Positions 49,701-59,914 of a DNA stretch of 64,000 nt are shown piece by piece. Under the pieces are notes generated by a model that saw only the letters and a list, made by a program, of their open reading frames with translations, had not been told where the DNA came from and did no database searches. Source of the stretch: an uncultured Bacteroidales bacterium (GTDB lineage Bacteria; Bacteroidota; Bacteroidia; Bacteroidales; CAIXZF01); assembly GCA_964608665.1 (NCBI GenBank), contig CAZSQJ010000002.1, positions 3,508 to 67,507 on the forward strand, read 5' to 3'. The stretch's first letter is position 1, and each line of letters opens with the position of its first letter. The position numbers were made by a program, and so were the translations under genes.

Positions 49701-49916
49701 GCGGCAGATTGAAAGGACTGTATCTGATGGCGCATTCCACAGCGCAATATCCAGTTTGCCGATCACTTTGCGGATGCTGTCCTCATTTTCACGCATCCTG
49801 ATCATTTCTGTCAATTCCCTTACAACCGCAACCGTTTGCGATTCCGCTGCATTCTGGCAAAAAAGCCGGGGAACAACAAGCAGGAGCAGGCAAAACAATG
49901 AAAGGTGCCGTATCAT
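46749..49916 (-). CDS. Sensor histidine kinase: periplasmic TPR array, one TM helix, 3-4 PAS domains, HisKA and HATPase
   Basis: Signal peptide, TPR-like repeats over aa 60-360, TM helix WSWVIAISILIILTITFLLI, H-box FSIIGHDLKNPL and G-box GTGLGLVICKE. No receiver domain. Confidence 0.85.
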   Translation of the reverse strand: MIRHLSLFCLLLLVVPRLFCQNAAESQTVAVVRELTEMIRMRENEDSIRKVIGKLDIALWNAPSDTVLSICRRLMELVDSNRNPSLTSDLYYMLNKAYADKGLTGKSLEMLLNSFNLLSKHGLHFQSGYVLIDIGNRFYASELYHISNSFYREAIYVFKKIGARLGTYTATNNLGLCYREMDNSDSALFYFRQAQLILLENTEFNGSQYLKGHSLAYIASVYFMKKRYTEAISYCRRAIDQINADTNHQFDRDHKRTITALLYQIGLCYKGLHQERLMLQYFQRATYLAEQYRAYRNLFQINLKLSEHFNEIHEYKLALRHAGKALDYADSTYVGKEKAEAAWFLALNNLALNNTTEAQHYLNLFKKLNDSLETQATSRMLSEIQTAFDSTRAKRDNERLKTKQQQYWSWVIAISILIILTITFLLINQEIRRKNEQRLKVLSNATFEGILIHEKGIILDTNEKVLEMLGMKAGEKLKGSVLDLVPSEYHGMVLEKISAGREEQYTIPLKTSSGSISVVEVLSKPFIFKGRQVRIVAIRDISEQLLATRRVRESEEKYRLLADNMTDILWQLDPGLVFLYVSPSVLSILGYPPLEVTGRPISDFLPGRSVRILEVFRRRYATTLHNKLPLVKNIIEMQIRHRDGSLMWFESHISPVLEEDGTLRFFQGVTHNIHFRKELQESLKEQERTLTTLMANLPGMAYRCKNDRNWTMTFVSKGCLELTGYPPEALVDNKVIAFNDLIEPEYRESLWEIWQEKLKVQDFFESEYPIITASGNRKWVWEKGCGVYDHEGRLTALEGFITDITSKRYFDESIKNKNAELQEANATKTRFFSIIGHDLKNPLHAILGFSHLLYDEYENYSDEERRQTIRNIRDVSLNLQKLLQNLLEWSQAHSGKIEFTPEKVYLNLMVRETTGILSDQAASKEVSIVNNIPADLQVTADRNMIATVLRNIISNGIKFSFPGGRVEVNARLNGDHTEVSVRDYGTGMKAEETGQLFDIAKKIRRDGTSKEKGTGLGLVICKEFIEKHKGSIHAVSTAGEGSTITFTIPTAGIPQ

Positions 49917-49925
49917 GACCGGATG

Positions 49926-52415
49926 TTATTTCGCATCGCTTATGGTTGTTCTGGGAAGGATGAAGTGGAAACAGCTTCCTTTTCCGATTTTACTTTCAAC
50001 CCACAGCTCGCCGCTGTTTTGTTTGATCAGTTCTTTGCAAAGCATCAGTCCGAGTCCCGTTCCTTTTTCGCCTGCAGTGCCTTCCGTCACAAATTTTTCA
50101 TCGAGCCTGAAAAGCTTCGGGATGTTTTCGTGTGATATGCCGGTTCCCTGATCGCGTACCATAATTTCCAAAAACAGCTTTCCGTTCTTTTCCTGATGAG
50201 ATGCCGACAGATTGACCCTGCTGCCGGGATGAGAGAATTTGATGGCATTGGATATCAGATTACGGAAAACCGTACGTATCATATTTTCGTCATACACAGC
50301 CATGCTGTTGAACCCGATTTCAGAATAAAGCCTGATATTCTTGTCATCAGCCTGGGATTTGAAGATCAGCAGGGTTTCATTGGCCGTGATACTGATATCG
50401 TTATACAGGGGATTGAATTCGATCCGTCCGGTTTGTGTTCTGGCCCAGTCAAGCAGATTCTGAAGCAGCTTGAAAGTGTGTTCAGAAGATTCCCTGATGT
50501 TTTCGATGAAGGACTTGCGTTCTTCATCCGTATAACTGTCATATTCCTTTGACAGCAGGCCTGCAAATCCCATGATCGACTGAAAGGGGTTTTTCAGATC
50601 ATGTGCGATGATATTGAAAAACTTGTCCTTGGTAACGTTTAAGGCATGTAATCCTTCTGAATATTGTTTCAGCTGTTTTTCTGCCTCTTTCCTGGCGTTG
50701 ATATCCGTCAGGTAAGCACGGATGTGTCTGGCCTGTCCTTTTTCATCCCTGACGATGACCGCAAAGTCGCTCACCCAGCGGCTTGACCCGTCGCGGGTGA
50801 TGATCCTGTATTCCAGTTCGAAAACATCTTTTTGCAGGCTTTCGTTCTTGTGGATGATATTTTTGAAATGGGACCTGTCGGCGGGATGCACCATGTCCAG
50901 GTAATTGCGTGATTTCTCTGTAAAAAACTCCGGGGGATAATCATAGATGCCCCGGATGTTAGGGGAGACATACTGTACCCGGAAAGTGTCGCTGAAGTGC
51001 CTGTTGACGATCACAACCGGACCCGAAACAAAAAGATTCTGTTCCGCTTTGATCGACGCCTCGATCTCGTACCGCAGGAAGACGGAACTAACCTGGTTCA
51101 CAAATATCTGCGCCAGGTCGAGGTTCTTTGGCCTGTTGCCGGCATTGAACATCACGTTAAAACTGCCGAGAACCCTGTCTTTATGCGCGATGGAAAAGAC
51201 GAAATATTCCTGAATGGCAAGGATTTCCGTAACTTTTTTGGTAATCTCCGCCGGAATATTCCAGGCAGAAGGAAACACCAGATCTCCCTTCTTATAGGCT
51301 GTTCTTGCTGCGATTGCCTGTTTCGTTAAGGGATCCAGCTTTAATTTTTTCCCGAGAAGTGAGGTGCCAAGGATTTTCCTGGCTGCTTCAATACGCTCAA
51401 AATCACCTGAGATGGCGATGGGACTGAAGGTTATTCCGTCAGCTTCGTGCAGTGTAAGGTAGATGAGGCAGGCTCCGGTGAGCTTGCGCATGTCGTTGGT
51501 AATTAGCTGGTAATCAATTGTGGCAAAGGGAAATTCCAGGTAATTGATGGCTGATTCGCTGATGAGCCGGATGGCATCCTCCTGTCGTTTCCGCGCTGTA
51601 ATATCCCTGCCGGTTGCGATGACTACTTTTTTCCCGAAATATGTGCCTGCTGTCTGAGAGATTTCCTTTGGAAAGATTTCCCCGTTCTTTCGCCTGCCCC
51701 ACCATTCGAAAACCTGCACCTCTCCACGGAATGCTTTCTCAATAAGTTCCAGCGTACCGGTCAGATCATTCAAATCGGGAGCTGAGAGAAATTCCGGAGT
51801 CCTGCCCACAATTTCATCCCTGGAATAACCATACATTTTCACAGCACCATTGTTCACATCGAGGAAAGTGCCTTGTTCATCAAGGATGTATACGGCATCG
51901 TTGATGTAATTAAACAGCTTCCTGTAACTTTCTTCACTTTCCTCAAGTGCATCAGATGTTTCTTTTAAACGGGAGATGTCGATTACAGATCCGATGATGA
52001 TGCCGTTTGGGTCAATCATGGCGTTGATCAGTGCCCGGAATGTGCTGCCGTTCTTCCTGAGCATGTGAAACTCCAGGTTATGTACTTTTTTTTCGCTGGT
52101 CAGGCGGTTGATTAAGACTTGTCTTTCATCCGGGTTCACGAAAAGGGAAGCGGCAAGAATGTCAGAGGTATCTTCCTGTGAATCAAATCCATATAAGTCA
52201 AGAAAACGCTGATTCGACATCAGGATCTTACCTTCCAGGTTTGTGGCATACAATCCGGCCACGTTCTGTTCGAAAAAATGCCGGTATCGCTCAGCCCTGT
52301 CCATGCCTTCTGAAAGCAGGCTTTTTTCTTCTGTCAGCAGTTCAATTTTTCTCTGCAGTTCCAGATTCAGTGCCTGCAAATCTGCTAATACTGAATGCGA
52401 TGGTTCCTTCGGCAT
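49926..52415 (-). CDS. Cytoplasmic multi-PAS/GAF sensor histidine kinase
   Basis: No TM helix, several PAS units, H-box FNIIAHDLKNPF and G-box GTGLGLMLCKE. The kinase core is clearly paralogous to the downstream gene. Confidence 0.85.
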   Translation of the reverse strand: MPKEPSHSVLADLQALNLELQRKIELLTEEKSLLSEGMDRAERYRHFFEQNVAGLYATNLEGKILMSNQRFLDLYGFDSQEDTSDILAASLFVNPDERQVLINRLTSEKKVHNLEFHMLRKNGSTFRALINAMIDPNGIIIGSVIDISRLKETSDALEESEESYRKLFNYINDAVYILDEQGTFLDVNNGAVKMYGYSRDEIVGRTPEFLSAPDLNDLTGTLELIEKAFRGEVQVFEWWGRRKNGEIFPKEISQTAGTYFGKKVVIATGRDITARKRQEDAIRLISESAINYLEFPFATIDYQLITNDMRKLTGACLIYLTLHEADGITFSPIAISGDFERIEAARKILGTSLLGKKLKLDPLTKQAIAARTAYKKGDLVFPSAWNIPAEITKKVTEILAIQEYFVFSIAHKDRVLGSFNVMFNAGNRPKNLDLAQIFVNQVSSVFLRYEIEASIKAEQNLFVSGPVVIVNRHFSDTFRVQYVSPNIRGIYDYPPEFFTEKSRNYLDMVHPADRSHFKNIIHKNESLQKDVFELEYRIITRDGSSRWVSDFAVIVRDEKGQARHIRAYLTDINARKEAEKQLKQYSEGLHALNVTKDKFFNIIAHDLKNPFQSIMGFAGLLSKEYDSYTDEERKSFIENIRESSEHTFKLLQNLLDWARTQTGRIEFNPLYNDISITANETLLIFKSQADDKNIRLYSEIGFNSMAVYDENMIRTVFRNLISNAIKFSHPGSRVNLSASHQEKNGKLFLEIMVRDQGTGISHENIPKLFRLDEKFVTEGTAGEKGTGLGLMLCKELIKQNSGELWVESKIGKGSCFHFILPRTTISDAK

Positions 52416-52563
52416 CCTGAGTCTTCCCCTTGGTTAATTTCATTCAAACCTATAAAATTTCTTTTTATTCTGCAATGGCCCGGCAGGAAATAGTGCCGGG
52501 GTATGTTTGATACAGTGATTTTTTATACATTTACCATCTTTCCGGCAGCAAACCCTTTCTGTC

Positions 52564-53664
52564 ATGTCATTCTTCTGTACCTACCGTCCATTCTGCAAAT
52601 CACCGGCAGCAGGGTGTTTTCCGCCCTTACTTTTCGCACTGATGTTGATGTTGTCTGCCTCCTGCGGCAACAGGGATAAGGATCCTGGTGAAACAAGTGT
52701 GCCGGAAACCCAAACGAATGCTGCTTCAGGACCGTTGACAAAAGTGCGTTTCCTTCCATACTGGGTAAATACGGCGCAGTTCAGCGGATACTTCGTCGGT
52801 AAGGAAAAAGGCATTTACCAGAAGTATGGTATTGATCTCGATATCATCACCTTTCAGCCTTCCATGATCCCTGCGGGCATCCTTGAGTCGGGGGCAGCGG
52901 ATTTCGCGGCCCTCTGGCTGGTAAACGCAATAGAAATGAAGGCCTCGGGCACCGACATTGTGAGCCTTGCGCAGCCTTCCCAGCAGTCATCGCTCATGCT
53001 GCTCGCAAAAAAAAGCAGCGGAATAAGGAAGCTTCAGGATATTAACGGCAGGAAGGCCGGTATCTGGACCGGCTATGAGATGCAACCCCGTGCCTTGTTC
53101 AAAAAGTATCAGCTCGATGTGGAGATCATTCCGATCGGTAGTACAAACAACCTCTTTTTGTCGGGTGCGGTGGATGTAACCAATGCCAACTGGTTTGATG
53201 AGTATCACACGATCCTGAATTCAGGCTTTAATGAGGATGAACTGGTAACTTTCTTCTTCAAGGATTACGGTTTGAATTTCCTTGAAGACGGCATCTATTG
53301 CCTTTCGAAAACCCTTGTGGAGCACCCGGAGCTTTGTGTGAATTTTGTCAGGGCTACCCTTGAAGGATGGGATTATGCTTTTTCGCATCCGGAAGAAGCC
53401 CTTGACATTGTGGTACGCTATGCAAAAGAGGCAAAAACCCCCGTCAACAGGATTCATCAGCGATGGATGCTCGACCGTTATTACGATCTTTACAAGGCAC
53501 CCCACGGCCAATCCTATGAAACCACGCTGAAAAGGGATGTTTATGAGAACATTGCGGGGATTTTGTTCGAAAGCAAACTGATTACTCATATCCCGGCATA
53601 TGGGGATTTTTATAAACCCTACCAGGAAATCGAACGTTCGCTGAACCTCAAACCAACCGAATAA
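52564..53664 (+). CDS. NMT1/THI5-like periplasmic substrate-binding lipoprotein (orphan SBP)
   Basis: Lipobox LSASC and type-II SBP pattern (RFLPYWVNTAQFSGYFVGKEKGIYQKYGIDLDI...). The start codon is uncertain. No permease or ATPase gene is nearby. Confidence 0.65.
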   Translation: MSFFCTYRPFCKSPAAGCFPPLLFALMLMLSASCGNRDKDPGETSVPETQTNAASGPLTKVRFLPYWVNTAQFSGYFVGKEKGIYQKYGIDLDIITFQPSMIPAGILESGAADFAALWLVNAIEMKASGTDIVSLAQPSQQSSLMLLAKKSSGIRKLQDINGRKAGIWTGYEMQPRALFKKYQLDVEIIPIGSTNNLFLSGAVDVTNANWFDEYHTILNSGFNEDELVTFFFKDYGLNFLEDGIYCLSKTLVEHPELCVNFVRATLEGWDYAFSHPEEALDIVVRYAKEAKTPVNRIHQRWMLDRYYDLYKAPHGQSYETTLKRDVYENIAGILFESKLITHIPAYGDFYKPYQEIERSLNLKPTE

Positions 53665-53672
53665 AGCCTGCC

Positions 53673-56324
53673 GTGATGATCAGACTGAGATATATGAGGG
53701 GTCTTGCCTCGAAACTTATCCTGTACATTTTTTCCAGCCTTGCCCTGATTTTCGCCGTTATCTTCTATTATAACATGGTGTTGTCGGAACATATGGTTGA
53801 AAGGAATATCAGGGTAAATGCCGAATACCTGACCAAGGAAACCGTTGAAAAAGTGGACAAGGTTCTCAGCCGGATTCAGAAAGTCCCCCTGAATATGGCG
53901 GCTGTCCTGGAGTTATCCGATTTCTCAGAGGAAAGGATCCTGCAACTCTGCAGCTTGGTGGTTGTAAACAATCCCGATATTTTCGGTTGTGCCATTGCAT
54001 TCGAACCCGCTTTCCGCTCTCCTGAAAGAAAATATTTTTCTCCCTATTACAGCCGGAAGGGAGATCGGCTGAACCTCAGCTGGCTTGGAGGTGAAGGCTA
54101 TGATTATTTCACCATGGACTGGTATCAGATACCGAAAATGCTTGGACGGAGCATCTGGACGGAACCATATATCGACATTGGCGGAGGCGAAATCGTGATG
54201 TCGACTTTTTCAACGCCATTCTACAGAACAGTAAATGGCAGCCGGGTGTTTACCGGGATCATCACTGCGGACGTCAGCCTGGAATGGTTGCAAAAGATCG
54301 TGGGTTCGGTGAAAGTCTGTGAAAGCGGGTATGCATTCCTGATCAGCCAGAATGGCAGTATTGTGACGCATCCGTCGGAAAATCTGATCATGAACGAAAG
54401 CATCTTCAGCATTGCCGAAGCCCAGAAGTCGGAGCAGCTCAGAGACATCGGCAGGGCCATGATCCGCGGAGAAACCAGTTTTGCAACCACCTCCTACCGC
54501 AATGTACAAAACAATAAGAAAAGCTATATATCATATGCTCCGATTCCCGTAAACCACTGGGCGTTGGGGATTGTATTTCCGGTCGACGAACTCATGGCGG
54601 ATGTCAGCAGCCTGAACAGGGATATCATGCTGCTCGGGATAGGCGGGCTGGTGTTGATGTCCATTGTGATTGTACTGATCTCCAAATCCATCACCAGACC
54701 CTTGCGCAGACTGACCTTCGCCGCCGACGATCTGGCTGCAGGTAACTTCTCTGTCAAACTCCCTGAGATCAGTACGAAAGATGAAATCGCCCGGCTGAAC
54801 AACTCCTTCATTTCCATGCAGCAGACCCTTTCAAAAACCATCGGCGACCTGAAGGAAACATCGGCCAAGCTGAAAGTGTCCAATGAAAAACTGGAAGACT
54901 ACAGCAAAACACTGGAAGACAAGGTGGCACTCAGGACAAAGGAACTCAGTGCGAAAAACCTCGAACTAGACCAGTCTTTTCAAAATATCCGCATCCTGGA
55001 CGAAATTGGTAAAAAAGTCACTTCTACCCTGGATATCAATCAAATACCGGGGATTATCTATGAGAATGTCAATACCCTGATGGATGCCACCGGTTTTCTG
55101 GTGATGGTGTTGAATGAACAGGAGAACAAACTGGAATGCAGGCTTTCGATGGAGAACGGGCAGCCACTGCCCCTGTACGAGGTTTCCCTGGATGAGACCA
55201 ACCGCTTTGCAGTCTGGTGTGTGATCCACAGGGAAGCGATCATGATGAATGACGTGGAACAGGAATACAGCCGCTATGTGCCTGACCGGGCGAAACCAAA
55301 GGCCGGAGAAACGGTAAACTCCCTGATGTATGTTCCGCTGATGCTTGAAAACAGGGTGCTTGGCGTGATCTCTGCACAGAGTTACCGGAAAGGTGCATAC
55401 AACCAGGTGCATTTCGACATGTTGAACAACCTGGCTAATTTCGTGGTGATTGCCTTTGAAAACGCAACAGCATACGAACAGATCAACAAGGCCAACAACG
55501 AATTGAAAGCAGCCCAGGCCCAGCTGGTGCAAAGTGAAAAGATGGCTTCGCTGGGACAGCTGACTGCAGGGATAGCCCACGAGATCAAGAATCCACTGAA
55601 CTTTGTCAACAATTTTTCTGAATTGTCGGCCGACCTGATCAGGGAACTCTCAGAAGAACTTGAAAAACTGTCTGATCAGCTGAATCCGGCCGACAGCGAT
55701 TACCTGAAAGATATCATGACCGACCTGAAAAACAATGTGGTGAGGATCAATGAGCACGGAAAACGGGCTGACAGCATCGTCAGGGGGATGTTACTCCATT
55801 CCAGGGGCAAACCCGGTGATTTTCAACCCACCAATATCAATTCGGTGCTTTCGGAATATGTGAATCTCGGTTACCACGGCATGCGGGCCGGTGATGCCAC
55901 ATTCAATATCAAGCTGGAAACGTCCTACGATGAATCCATTGGCATGTTGAATGTCGTTCCCCAGGATATCAGCCGCGTCTTCCTGAACATCATCAACAAC
56001 GCCTGTTATGCCACCAACCAGAAGAAAAAGGTGCTGAAAGATTCCTATTTCCCTGTGCTTCAGGTGGAAACAAAAAACCTCGGAAAGCAGGTCATGATAC
56101 GGATCCGCGATAACGGCAACGGTATCCCGGAAGCCATCCTCGACAAGATCTTCAATCCATTCTTCACTACCAAACCGGCAGGTTCCGGAACGGGCCTGGG
56201 CTTGTCGATCAGCTACGACATCGTGGTACAGCAGCATCACGGTGAGATCAGGGTCGACTCAAAAGAAGGGGAATACACCGAGTTTACCATCCTTTTACCA
56301 AAAGACAATCACCAGTCTAATTAA
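53673..56324 (+). CDS. Sensor histidine kinase: dCache-like periplasmic domain, HAMP, GAF, HisKA and HATPase
   Basis: Two TM helices flank an approx. 280-aa extracytoplasmic domain. [25 protein letters not shown]-box [15 protein letters not shown]-box [12 protein letters not shown]. Confidence 0.85.
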   Translation: MMIRLRYMRGLASKLILYIFSSLALIFAVIFYYNMVLSEHMVERNIRVNAEYLTKETVEKVDKVLSRIQKVPLNMAAVLELSDFSEERILQLCSLVVVNNPDIFGCAIAFEPAFRSPERKYFSPYYSRKGDRLNLSWLGGEGYDYFTMDWYQIPKMLGRSIWTEPYIDIGGGEIVMSTFSTPFYRTVNGSRVFTGIITADVSLEWLQKIVGSVKVCESGYAFLISQNGSIVTHPSENLIMNESIFSIAEAQKSEQLRDIGRAMIRGETSFATTSYRNVQNNKKSYISYAPIPVNHWALGIVFPVDELMADVSSLNRDIMLLGIGGLVLMSIVIVLISKSITRPLRRLTFAADDLAAGNFSVKLPEISTKDEIARLNNSFISMQQTLSKTIGDLKETSAKLKVSNEKLEDYSKTLEDKVALRTKELSAKNLELDQSFQNIRILDEIGKKVTSTLDINQIPGIIYENVNTLMDATGFLVMVLNEQENKLECRLSMENGQPLPLYEVSLDETNRFAVWCVIHREAIMMNDVEQEYSRYVPDRAKPKAGETVNSLMYVPLMLENRVLGVISAQSYRKGAYNQVHFDMLNNLANFVVIAFENATAYEQINKANNELKAAQAQLVQSEKMASLGQLTAGIAHEIKNPLNFVNNFSELSADLIRELSEELEKLSDQLNPADSDYLKDIMTDLKNNVVRINEHGKRADSIVRGMLLHSRGKPGDFQPTNINSVLSEYVNLGYHGMRAGDATFNIKLETSYDESIGMLNVVPQDISRVFLNIINNACYATNQKKKVLKDSYFPVLQVETKNLGKQVMIRIRDNGNGIPEAILDKIFNPFFTTKPAGSGTGLGLSISYDIVVQQHHGEIRVDSKEGEYTEFTILLPKDNHQSN

Positions 56325-56334
56325 ATAAAGAAAG

Positions 56335-57510
56335 ATGACAGAAATCAACAACATGATCAGGATTATGGTGGTCGATGACGAAGTTGACCTTGAACCCCTC
56401 ATTCTGCAGAAATTCCGCAGGCAGATCAGGAATGGGGAGTATGCCTTCGTTTTTGCACATAACGGCCTGGAAGCCCTTACAAAACTGATCGAACACCCGG
56501 ATATCAGCGTGGTGCTCTCGGATATCAATATGCCGGAGATGGACGGACTGACACTGCTGCTTAAGTTGAAGGAGCTGAAAAACCCGATGCTCAGGACTGT
56601 CATTGTCTCTGCATACGGGGATATGGATAATATCCGCACCGCCATGAACCGGGGTGCTTTCGATTTTCTTACCAAGCCGATCAGTTTTGAGGATCTGGAG
56701 ATCACGATCACCAAGACCATTGATGAGATCAGGGTGATGCAACGGGCTTTGATGGAACATGACCAGCTTGTTTCCATTCAGCACGATCTCAATGTAGCCA
56801 GGGAGATCCAGCAGGCCATTCTTCCTTCGGTCTTCCCGCCCTATCCGGAACGCAGCGATTTCGACGTTTTCGCAACCATGATCCCTGCCAAGGAGGTGGG
56901 AGGCGATTTTTACGATTTCTTTATGATCGACAACGACCGCCTGGGTTTTGTAATCGGCGACGTTTCCGGCAAGGGAGTCCCTGCTGCCATCTTTATGGCA
57001 GTCAGCCGCACCCTGATCAGGGCCACCGGCATGAAAGGCATGCAGGCCGATGAATGTGTGGCTTTTGTCAATACGTTGCTCTGCAACGAAAGTGTTTCCT
57101 GTATGTTCGTCACGGTGTTTTACGGTATCCTCGATCTGTCGACCGGGGAACTGGAGTACGTCAATGCCGGCCATAATCCCCCATACCTGATTGACGGAGG
57201 AGGGCAGATCAGCAAGGTGGAAATGACCGGAGGCACCATCTTGGGTTGTTTCGAGGAATTCAGGTTCGTTTCGAAGAAAATGACCATCCGGCCGGGCCAT
57301 ACCATATTCTTATATACAGACGGCGTGACCGAAGCATTCAATGCAGCAGGGCAGGCCTATGAAGAACACCGGCTGGAAGCACAGCTCAGATCGGGGAACG
57401 GTGACCTTAACAGCCTGATCAACCTGGTGGTGGAGGATGTCAGCCGTTTTTCCACCGGCATCAGCCAGTCCGACGATATTACCATGCTGGGTATCACATA
57501 TAAAGGCTGA
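56335..57510 (+). CDS. Response regulator receiver fused to a PP2C/SpoIIE-type phosphatase (RsbU-like)
   Basis: Receiver (MVVDDE, VLSDINMPEMDG, SAYGD, KP) plus phosphatase motifs EVGGDFYDF, GDVSGKGVPAAIFM, YTDGVTEA and SQSDDITML. Confidence 0.9.
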   Translation: MTEINNMIRIMVVDDEVDLEPLILQKFRRQIRNGEYAFVFAHNGLEALTKLIEHPDISVVLSDINMPEMDGLTLLLKLKELKNPMLRTVIVSAYGDMDNIRTAMNRGAFDFLTKPISFEDLEITITKTIDEIRVMQRALMEHDQLVSIQHDLNVAREIQQAILPSVFPPYPERSDFDVFATMIPAKEVGGDFYDFFMIDNDRLGFVIGDVSGKGVPAAIFMAVSRTLIRATGMKGMQADECVAFVNTLLCNESVSCMFVTVFYGILDLSTGELEYVNAGHNPPYLIDGGGQISKVEMTGGTILGCFEEFRFVSKKMTIRPGHTIFLYTDGVTEAFNAAGQAYEEHRLEAQLRSGNGDLNSLINLVVEDVSRFSTGISQSDDITMLGITYKG

Positions 57511-57672
57511 ATCATTCGATGAATCAAAGGACCGTTACTGTTGCACCGGTTCTGGACTGAATCTTTATGAAAATGCCTGGCAATTTTCGTTTGGATTCAT
57601 TATTACCGATGGCTCTGGAAACACTTGTTTCGCATTCCTGTGTTCATTCGGTATTAATCATTTTTTCCGGCA

Positions 57673-59328
57673 ATGACTGCTGAACAGGATATCATAGTGG
57701 ATTCCGGTGGGATATGCCTGAGCAGCGCATCCCTGAGTAAACATTTCCGGCATGATGCCCTGCTTTCCCTGCTGCTCCTGATTCCGGTTCTCGCATTGGT
57801 GATGGCTGCATTCCTTCCGGGTTTGCGGGATTCCGCAGCCTTTCCTTTTGCTCCGCTGCAATACGACCAGTTGTTTTACCCTGCCGCAGCCAGAGAATAT
57901 TCGGATGCACCCTCTTTTTCATTGCTTTATGCCAATCCCGCCGATCCGTCGCTTCATGCACCACAGATTTATTTCAACCTGCCGCTGATGATTCTTGGCG
58001 GATTGCTGGGGGTGATCCCTGTGGATCCTTATCTGATTTATGCCATGGCCGGACTCCTGGCCGCGTATTTGTGCCTGTTTACCTGCGTCCGGTTCTGGCG
58101 TGCCTTTACCGGCATGAAACCCGCCTTCACCAGTCCCGGCATATGGGCTTTTTGCTGGGGAGGCGGATTGTTCGCCCTGGCAGGCGCATCGTTTCTGCTG
58201 TTCAATCCCGCATCCTTTTCCGGCCTCTTTATGCTGGAACCTTCCAGGGGATGGTGGTCGCTGAACTGGGGCCGCAATCTGGCAATGCCTCTGGAAGCCC
58301 TGTATCATCTGCTTTTCATCCTGATGGTTTACCGCGTATTCACCGGAAAATACCTTCAGGCCGCCGGGTTCTGTGTGTTGCTGATGCTGTCGCATCCATT
58401 CACCGGACTGCAGGCCGGTCTGATCCTGGCAGTGTGGATGGCTTTTGAACGTATTGTATTCAGAAACAGAAGAATCCGTTTTTTTTACCTCCTGATACCG
58501 GGTATCATGCTGGCTGCACTGCTCTGGTACTACCTTATGTTTTTAAACGGTTTTCCGTCACACCGGCAGGTTTATGACCAATGGAAACTTCCCTTGCGGT
58601 TGCTGCCATGGCAGGCCTTACTGGCTTATGGCATACTGGTTCCGGCCATGCTGGCCGCCTTCATGAAATACGGCTGCAGGCGTTTCAGGTCTGATCCCTT
58701 TTCGCGTTTCCTTCTGGTGTGGATGATCATCAGCCTGTTGCTGGTATTTCACGATTGGTTTTTGCCTGCGCACCAACCCCTGCATTTTACCCGCGGCTAC
58801 CTCTGGCTGTCGCTCTTCCTCCTGTCGTATCCGGTTCTGAAATCATGGCTGGCAGGGATTTCCGGCTGGAAGAAAGGACGTACCTGGTTTGCAGTGATCC
58901 TGCTGTTCCTTTTACAGTCGGATAACCTGTGCTGGTTTAGCCTGCAAATCAATGAAAAGGCGCGGCATCCCGTTCTCGACGAAAACCAGCAGGCGGTTCT
59001 GCAGCACCTGTCGCAGACCACAGGTAGCGGTGACCTGATCTTATCCGATGATGCAGCACTCAGTTATTTCGCTTTACTGTACACCCCTGCCAGGGCTTTG
59101 TTCTCGCACTGGGCAAATACACCTGCCATCCTTGACAAGATTGCCGCCTACAATGAATTCAGGATGAGTGGAAAGCTGTCGCCGGAATGGAACAGGCAGC
59201 AACCCGTCCTGATCCTTGAGACCGGAAGAGAACGTACGGGATCGATGCAACAACGGCTGGATGAGGAATACAGGCTTGCCTATGAGAACCGGGCTTACCT
59301 GATTTACCGCCCCGGCCGTGAAGAATGA
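57673..59328 (+). CDS. Uncharacterised polytopic membrane protein (at least 12 predicted TM helices)
   Basis: Long ORF with regular hydrophobic helices and a soluble approx. 110-aa C-terminus. I recognise no family. Confidence 0.5.
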   Translation: MTAEQDIIVDSGGICLSSASLSKHFRHDALLSLLLLIPVLALVMAAFLPGLRDSAAFPFAPLQYDQLFYPAAAREYSDAPSFSLLYANPADPSLHAPQIYFNLPLMILGGLLGVIPVDPYLIYAMAGLLAAYLCLFTCVRFWRAFTGMKPAFTSPGIWAFCWGGGLFALAGASFLLFNPASFSGLFMLEPSRGWWSLNWGRNLAMPLEALYHLLFILMVYRVFTGKYLQAAGFCVLLMLSHPFTGLQAGLILAVWMAFERIVFRNRRIRFFYLLIPGIMLAALLWYYLMFLNGFPSHRQVYDQWKLPLRLLPWQALLAYGILVPAMLAAFMKYGCRRFRSDPFSRFLLVWMIISLLLVFHDWFLPAHQPLHFTRGYLWLSLFLLSYPVLKSWLAGISGWKKGRTWFAVILLFLLQSDNLCWFSLQINEKARHPVLDENQQAVLQHLSQTTGSGDLILSDDAALSYFALLYTPARALFSHWANTPAILDKIAAYNEFRMSGKLSPEWNRQQPVLILETGRERTGSMQQRLDEEYRLAYENRAYLIYRPGREE

Positions 59329-59418
59329 GCGCATGTTTAGGGAACTTTTCCGTTTCGTTTGTTATAGTGAAGGGCAGGAAATATACACAACTGCATTCAT
59401 GAATATAAATAATAACAT

Positions 59419-59904
59419 ATGAAGTCAATGAGCGTTATTTTGTTTCTTTTAACAGGATTGGTGCTTGGAGCCGCCATTCTTTTCTGGATTTTCTGGGAAA
59501 AGGCTCCGGGAATGATGATTCTTGAGAATGAATCGCGCTATGGTTTCGAAGAAACAGACAGCCTTTTATCCAGGGCGGTTGCAGAGAAGGAATGGAAAAC
59601 GCCTTTTGTGCACGACCTTCAGCAGACCATGCGAAACAACGGCTTTGAAGTCCGTAAGGTGAAAGTGTTTGAGGTATGCAAACCCGCGCTTGCACACCAG
59701 GTTTTAAAAGGTGACCAGGAAAGGGTGGTGTCGAGTCTGATGCCCTGTCGCATTGCCATTTACGAACGTTCCGACGGCAAGGTGTATATTTCCAGGATGA
59801 ACTCCGGTATGCTGGCAAAGCCCATGAAAGGAGTGGTTCCTGAAGTGATGAAGCAGGCTGCACGGGAGATTGAAGAAATCGTGAAACCCCTGCTCAGGGA
59901 CTAA
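59419..59904 (+). CDS. DUF302 domain protein with an N-terminal membrane anchor
   Basis: VFEVCKPALAHQVL...LMPCRIAIYERSDGKVYISRMN matches the DUF302 core. Confidence 0.8.
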   Translation: MKSMSVILFLLTGLVLGAAILFWIFWEKAPGMMILENESRYGFEETDSLLSRAVAEKEWKTPFVHDLQQTMRNNGFEVRKVKVFEVCKPALAHQVLKGDQERVVSSLMPCRIAIYERSDGKVYISRMNSGMLAKPMKGVVPEVMKQAAREIEEIVKPLLRD

Positions 59905-59914
59905 TTCTCAGTTC

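Noticed and set aside
56317-57300. 327-aa minus-strand ORF
   Set aside because: It is antisense to the receiver-PP2C gene, whose motifs are unambiguous. The antisense product is H/D/G-rich with no domain. It is a shadow ORF.
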